Assembly (NCBI RefSeq): GCF_030013205.1
Contig: NZ_CP122648.1
Length of the DNA: 64,000 nt
Source of the DNA: Escherichia coli
GTDB lineage: Bacteria > Pseudomonadota > Gammaproteobacteria > Enterobacterales > Enterobacteriaceae
Strand: one strand, 5' to 3'
Part shown: piece after piece, positions 63,765 to 64,000 of the stretch
Position numbering within the stretch: the stretch's first letter is position 1
Layout of the letters: each line of letters begins with the position of its first letter
Translations under genes and position numbers: made by a program
Notes under the pieces: generated by a model
What the model was told of the DNA's origin: nothing
What the model saw: only the letters and a program-made list of their open reading frames with translations
Databases searched by the model: none

Positions 63765-63875
63765 TTAATTTAATCGCCCGAACAGGAATGTTTGGGCGAT
63801 TTTCATTACGATAATAAAGTCTGTTTTTAATATTATCATGTTAAATGTTTATATTATAAAAAGTCGTTTTTCTGC

Positions 63876-63895
63876 TTAGGATTTTGTTATTTAAA
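63876..63895 (+). promoter_or_regulatory. GAD box (GadE binding site) of the gadA promoter
   Basis: Exact 20-mer TTAGGATTTTGTTATTTAAA about 80 bp upstream of the gadA start. Confidence 0.7.
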
Positions 63896-63974
63896 TTAAG
63901 CCTGTAATGCCTTGCTTCCATTGCGGATAAATCCTACTTTTTTATTGCCTTCAAATAAATTTAAGGAGTTCGAA

Positions 63975-64000
63975 ATGGACCAGAAGCTGTTAACGGATTT
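63975..64000 (+). CDS. gadA: Glutamate decarboxylase alpha, 5' end only (runs off the window)
   Basis: ATG at 63975 followed by MDQKLLTDF; position downstream of yhjA and a GAD box. Confidence 0.75.

Overview
This window is Escherichia coli chromosomal DNA with K-12-like core gene content and order; I recognise essentially every long ORF. In order: one IS150 copy (insJ/insK) inserted into a REP element, avtA, malS, bax, the xylose regulon (xylR, xylHGF, divergent xylAB), yiaB, yiaA, wecH, ysaB, glyQ-glyS, hokA, cspA, yiaG, yiaF, ghrB, yiaD, bisC, yiaC, tag, yhjY, yhjX, eptB, tRNA-Pro(CGG) proK, dppABCDF, yhjV, a triplicated ldr/rdl type I toxin-antitoxin repeat, two remnants of the cellulose (bcs) locus, pdeK, dctA, yhjJ, kdgK, pdeH, yhjG, yhjE, yhjD, yhjC, yhjB, treF, yhjA and the first codons of gadA. 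I see no evidence of a novel multi-gene system: there is no unexplained coding capacity. What stands out is structural and strain-specific: (1) an apparent ~10 kb collapse of the cellulose locus leaving a bcsG 3' fragment abutting an N-terminally truncated bcsC; (2) three tandem ldrD-type units where K-12 has one (from memory); (3) tandem repeats of the proK 3' end plus terminator; (4) IS150 sitting in a REP next to avtA while the hokA locus is uninterrupted. Gene identities rest on my recognition of the translated sequences and on synteny, not on a database search. Coordinates of CDSs are anchored on the supplied ORF track with starts trimmed to the methionine matching the known protein length; coordinates of small sites read directly from the sequence may be off by a few bases.
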